Assembly (NCBI GenBank): GCA_018985225.1
Contig: JADGIF010000345.1
Coordinates: 1 to 10,448, forward strand
Direction: 5' to 3'
From: Amoeboradix gromovi X-113
Lineage: Eukaryota > Fungi > Sanchytriomycota
Length of the DNA stretch: 10,448 nt
The notes beneath the pieces were generated by a model, which did no database searches, was not told the origin of the DNA, and worked only from the letters and a program-made list of their open reading frames with translations. A program made the position numbers and the translations under genes. This document shows positions 7,661 through 10,448 of this stretch, piece by piece (the stretch's first letter is position 1; the number at the start of each line of letters is the position of its first letter).

Positions 7661-8030
7661 CTTAAGATTATCAAAGGTACACATCTGCCGAAATGGATTG
7701 TCACGTACCCTATCACCTATGCTCTAAGAAACAAATTGAAGATTGCGATACCGCAAGCACACTTTAGAATCAATATCATTTGCTAAGTGATGTGGCTGTG
7801 GCAAAAAGGAAGACGATATCTGTCTTTGATTGAGATCTAGAAAATTTATTTGCACCAGTGTCCTCGGCTCATTTAATTTCTGCTGCAAGTATTCCACTTT
7901 GTACAATTGTCCAGATGCATTAACGCTGTTTCTGGGCTACCTACCGACTTCTTGCAAACTGGCCGGCTCACTGCAAACAATAAGATTGCACGTGTGTTGA
8001 CTCATAATCCATACGGCATCTCCCATGAAT

Positions 8031-8543
8031 TTATTCATCTAGCGTTGCAGGCATATCTTCCCAGTATTCTGCATACATATGTGGATGCCATCCGTGGTCT
8101 TTACTGAAATATGGCTCACACCTAAACGATGAAGGGTATGCTCTCCATTTTATTTTCATGTCTGTCTGCTCATCGTCCGGCATCTTTTCCGGATACATCT
8201 TTCTGAACCTGCTTTCATCTATCCTCATTGATTTAAAAACACTAAATTGGTACGCAACCTTTACTTGCGGCACCAGTAAAATGTTGTATCCTAATTTATA
8301 AAGGTCCAAACATAGCGTGGTGCACTCGGAAGTACTACACTCCCCGGGTGTTCTCATACCTGGCTCATTAGATCCTCTTCTAAATTTCAAGCCATTTAGG
8401 AACGGTTCAATATCCAAGGAAACCATTCCATTCCATGCACAAATTACTTGCATCGGCTCTTGCTTGTACCATGCAATTTTACCAAACCTCCGGCGCTTCA
8501 ATGATTCAAATTGAAAGAAGGGCAGTGTATATGATTTTAACAT
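8031..8543 (-). pseudogene. C-terminal half of a GT69 / CAP59-like (cryptococcal mannosyltransferase family) protein; 5'-truncated gene or fragment
   Basis: PMQVICAWNGMVSLDIEPF..LKFRR..GECSTSECTTLCLDLYKLGY.ILLVPQVKVAY matches the GT69 C-terminal signature. The N-terminal TM and DxD region is absent, and the upstream space is occupied by VMA21 on the opposite strand. The stop is embedded in AATAAA. Confidence 0.65.
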
Positions 8544-8728
8544 TTGCTGTTCTTATGGTCGTCGTACCATTGACTAGTTATTACATTAGCACTAACTTTA
8601 TGAGTTCGCTCTACAGTGCTATTGTAAGTATAATTATGGCAAATATGCTACTTTTTACGTTTGTGTTGCTTGCCGTAAACGAGAAAGATGAAGACAATGA
8701 AAAAGCCAATTCGAAAAAATTAAAATAG
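8501..8728 (+). CDS. VMA21: V-ATPase assembly integral membrane protein VMA21
   Basis: 75 aa with two TM helices (ILTFAVLMVVVPLTSYY; SAIVSIIMANMLLFTFVLLAVNE) and a C-terminal dilysine ER-retrieval motif SKKLK. Start placed at ATG 8501 (8531 is an alternative). Confidence 0.85.
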   Translation: MIQIERRAVYMILTFAVLMVVVPLTSYYISTNFMSSLYSAIVSIIMANMLLFTFVLLAVNEKDEDNEKANSKKLK

Positions 8729-8854
8729 AAATAAATTTATCAAAGAGAGCTCAATATCCTCTGTGTGCTTCTTGCCCTAGTCAAATGTAATTAAACTTCA
8801 AACCGTGCTTCAACATTAACTTTTGATTAAATTTGGATTTCTCCCCTGTTTAAA

Positions 8855-9238
8855 ATGCTTTCAGATCATTTCAACGTACCACCAGTTTTTGGGCTTGTTA
8901 GCGGGATCTTATTCTCATGCGGATGGTGGCTAATGATTGATTTCATGCCTTTGGAATTTCCTTATTGGCTTCCCATTATCATAAACACTTTAGCAATGTT
9001 TCTAATTAATTTAGTGAATATCTCGGAAGTAAATGAAGAATACGGTAACCAAATCAAGTTATTTGTTCTTTTAACTTTGGCGATGCATATTGGTAGCATA
9101 ATGGCGTGTATTGTATTTATTTTCGTTTATGCAATGCATTACAGCGTTCTTGTCCATAATATTCTTATCGCAATTAGTAGCATGATTTTGTGGGCACGAG
9201 GATTAGAGAGATTTGAATATAGTATCCGGTTACAGTAA
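8855..9238 (+). CDS. VPS68: Vps68 / TMEM50 (UPF0220) family membrane protein
   Basis: SGILFSCGWWLMID, WLPIIINTLAMFLINLV and four hydrophobic segments typical of UPF0220. Confidence 0.8.
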   Translation: MLSDHFNVPPVFGLVSGILFSCGWWLMIDFMPLEFPYWLPIIINTLAMFLINLVNISEVNEEYGNQIKLFVLLTLAMHIGSIMACIVFIFVYAMHYSVLVHNILIAISSMILWARGLERFEYSIRLQ

Positions 9239-9246
9239 AACAAAGT

Positions 9247-10138
9247 TTATTTTTCAATTTTTAAACTGAAATCAATTACCTGATATCTTTGAGTAAACAA
9301 ACTTGTGCTTATTACGTCTACATCAGCACAGCAGTAAGAACCGATGTTACTTAGGTTGATGCCACCGCTCACCTCTATAATAAAATGACCGCTCTTAAAT
9401 TCTGCCTTAAGTTCTTTGGCTACTAATTTCGCCTGTTCTGCACTGAAGTTATCCAGCCTACATTAGCTTGAATTACATCACAACGTCAGCTCCTGATACG
9501 ATCGCTTCTTCAGCATCTTGCTTACTTCTACACTCTACCTCGACCTTTGTATGAAAACCAGAATACTTTTTGGTCTCTGCAACAGCATTTTTTATACTTT
9601 TAAATGAATCTACATGATTATCTTTCAACATAACCATACTAGATAAATCCATGCGATGTGAGTCAACGCCACCGACCAACATGCCATATTTCTCAACTAG
9701 TCTAAATCCTGGTGTTGTCTTTCTTGTACCCGCTACTACTCCGTTGTAGTTATTTTGAGCTGTTATTTTTATAGCATCATATGATAGAGTTGCTACGCCA
9801 CTGCATCTTGCAATTATATTCAGTGCTAACCTTTCTCCTAATAAAACATTTTTTGCAGTTCCTTTAATCCTACACATAATCATTGGTGCATCTACTATCT
9901 CATAGCCATCTTTTACAAACCACTCTATTGTGCACTCTAACCTCTTGAAAACTGTGTCTACAAACGGTATTCCTGCGAATATCCCTTTCTCTTTCGCAAT
10001 TATTGTTGCCTGACATGGTCTATCTCCTAATATTGCTCCTGCTATATCAAATGATGGCGTGTCTTCCTCTAGCCATCGCATTACTAAACTATCCAACTTA
10101 TGTTGTGGTATTACGGAAGCCATGCTTTGGTTCAACAT
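9247..10138 (-). CDS. BNA6: Nicotinate-nucleotide pyrophosphorylase (QPRTase); exons 10138-9477 and 9457-9247
   Basis: WLEEDTPSFD, GERLALN, GTRKTTPG, HRMDLSSMVMLKDNH and EVEC motifs. Removing 9458-9476 restores GADVVMLDNFS...IEVSGGINLSNI...VDVISTS...IDFSLKIEK*. Start is probably ATG 10138 or 10123 rather than 10213. Confidence 0.95.
9458..9476 (-). other. 19-nt spliceosomal intron in BNA6
   Basis: Minus strand GTAATTCAAGCTAATGTAG: GT donor, GCTAAT branch-point-like motif, TAG acceptor. Removal rebuilds the conserved M-L-D-N motif and a 69-codon conserved C-terminus. Confidence 0.92.
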
Positions 10139-10233
10139 CGTAACAAAAATTAAGCAGTTTGAAACTTTAAGTAAAATTACAGCATGCGTTTTATCGCTCG
10201 AATAGAGTATCATTCTTACTTGCTATAGGCACG

Positions 10234-10338
10234 TCTTTATTCAATCCCAGCTCAGGGTAATGAAAGCGTAAGCAACTGCTAGAACGGATCTACTGGCACA
10301 CTCAGCGTCTATAGAATTCTTGATTTTATCGCATCTAA
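10234..10338 (+). mobile_element. Orphan (non-coding) copy of the Fanzor 3' modules A + internally deleted B
   Basis: 10234-10288 matches module A of copy 2 at 43/55 (manual count), with CCC-N6-GGG and a GC-GTAA-GC tetraloop. 10308-10338 TCTATAGAATTCTTGATTTTATCGCATCTAA resembles the module B start joined to its GCATCTAA end. Confidence 0.75.
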
Positions 10339-10448
10339 AATTTAAGCATATGGGACATCAAATATAAAAATTAGACTAACTTTCTGAAGCAACTTGGAAC
10401 ATTATTTCAGCTTTATTAATTTTATGGACTTACAGGCGAGTGGACACT

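Noticed and set aside
10380-10448. Possible minus-strand splice donor GTAAGT (~10435) of a gene entering from the window edge
   Set aside because: Too little sequence to establish a reading frame or acceptor.
1-10448. CRISPR array, tRNA or rRNA genes
   Set aside because: No regularly spaced identical repeats, cloverleaf or rRNA-like sequence was seen.

Overview
Compact, AT-rich, intron-poor eukaryotic DNA, most consistent with an early-diverging fungus or close relative (inferred from a GT69/CAP59-type glycosyltransferase, ATP10, VMA21, Vps68 and BET5). Host genes: a SMYD-like SET protein, a low-complexity hypothetical protein, a uridine-cytidine kinase homolog with eroded catalytic residues, a multi-pass membrane protein, ATP10, BET5/TRAPPC1, a 5'-truncated GT69 fragment, VMA21, Vps68/TMEM50 and BNA6/QPRT. 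BNA6 is completed by splicing a 19-nt GT-AG intron. The main hidden signal is absent from the ORF track: several intergenic gaps hold decayed copies of one Fanzor/TnpB-type RNA-guided nuclease element (zinc finger plus RuvC-III 'DRDHMAARN' tail at 1-137 +, ~6540-6960 - and ~6993-7660 -). Their 3' ends carry a conserved, structured two-module non-coding region (module A, short linker, module B), and the intact modules end in ...GAGCATCTAA. This candidate omegaRNA/right end also occurs without recognisable coding sequence at 10234-10338, and as a 52/53-identical module B at 2762-2814. All assignments come from manual reading; no database searches were run.
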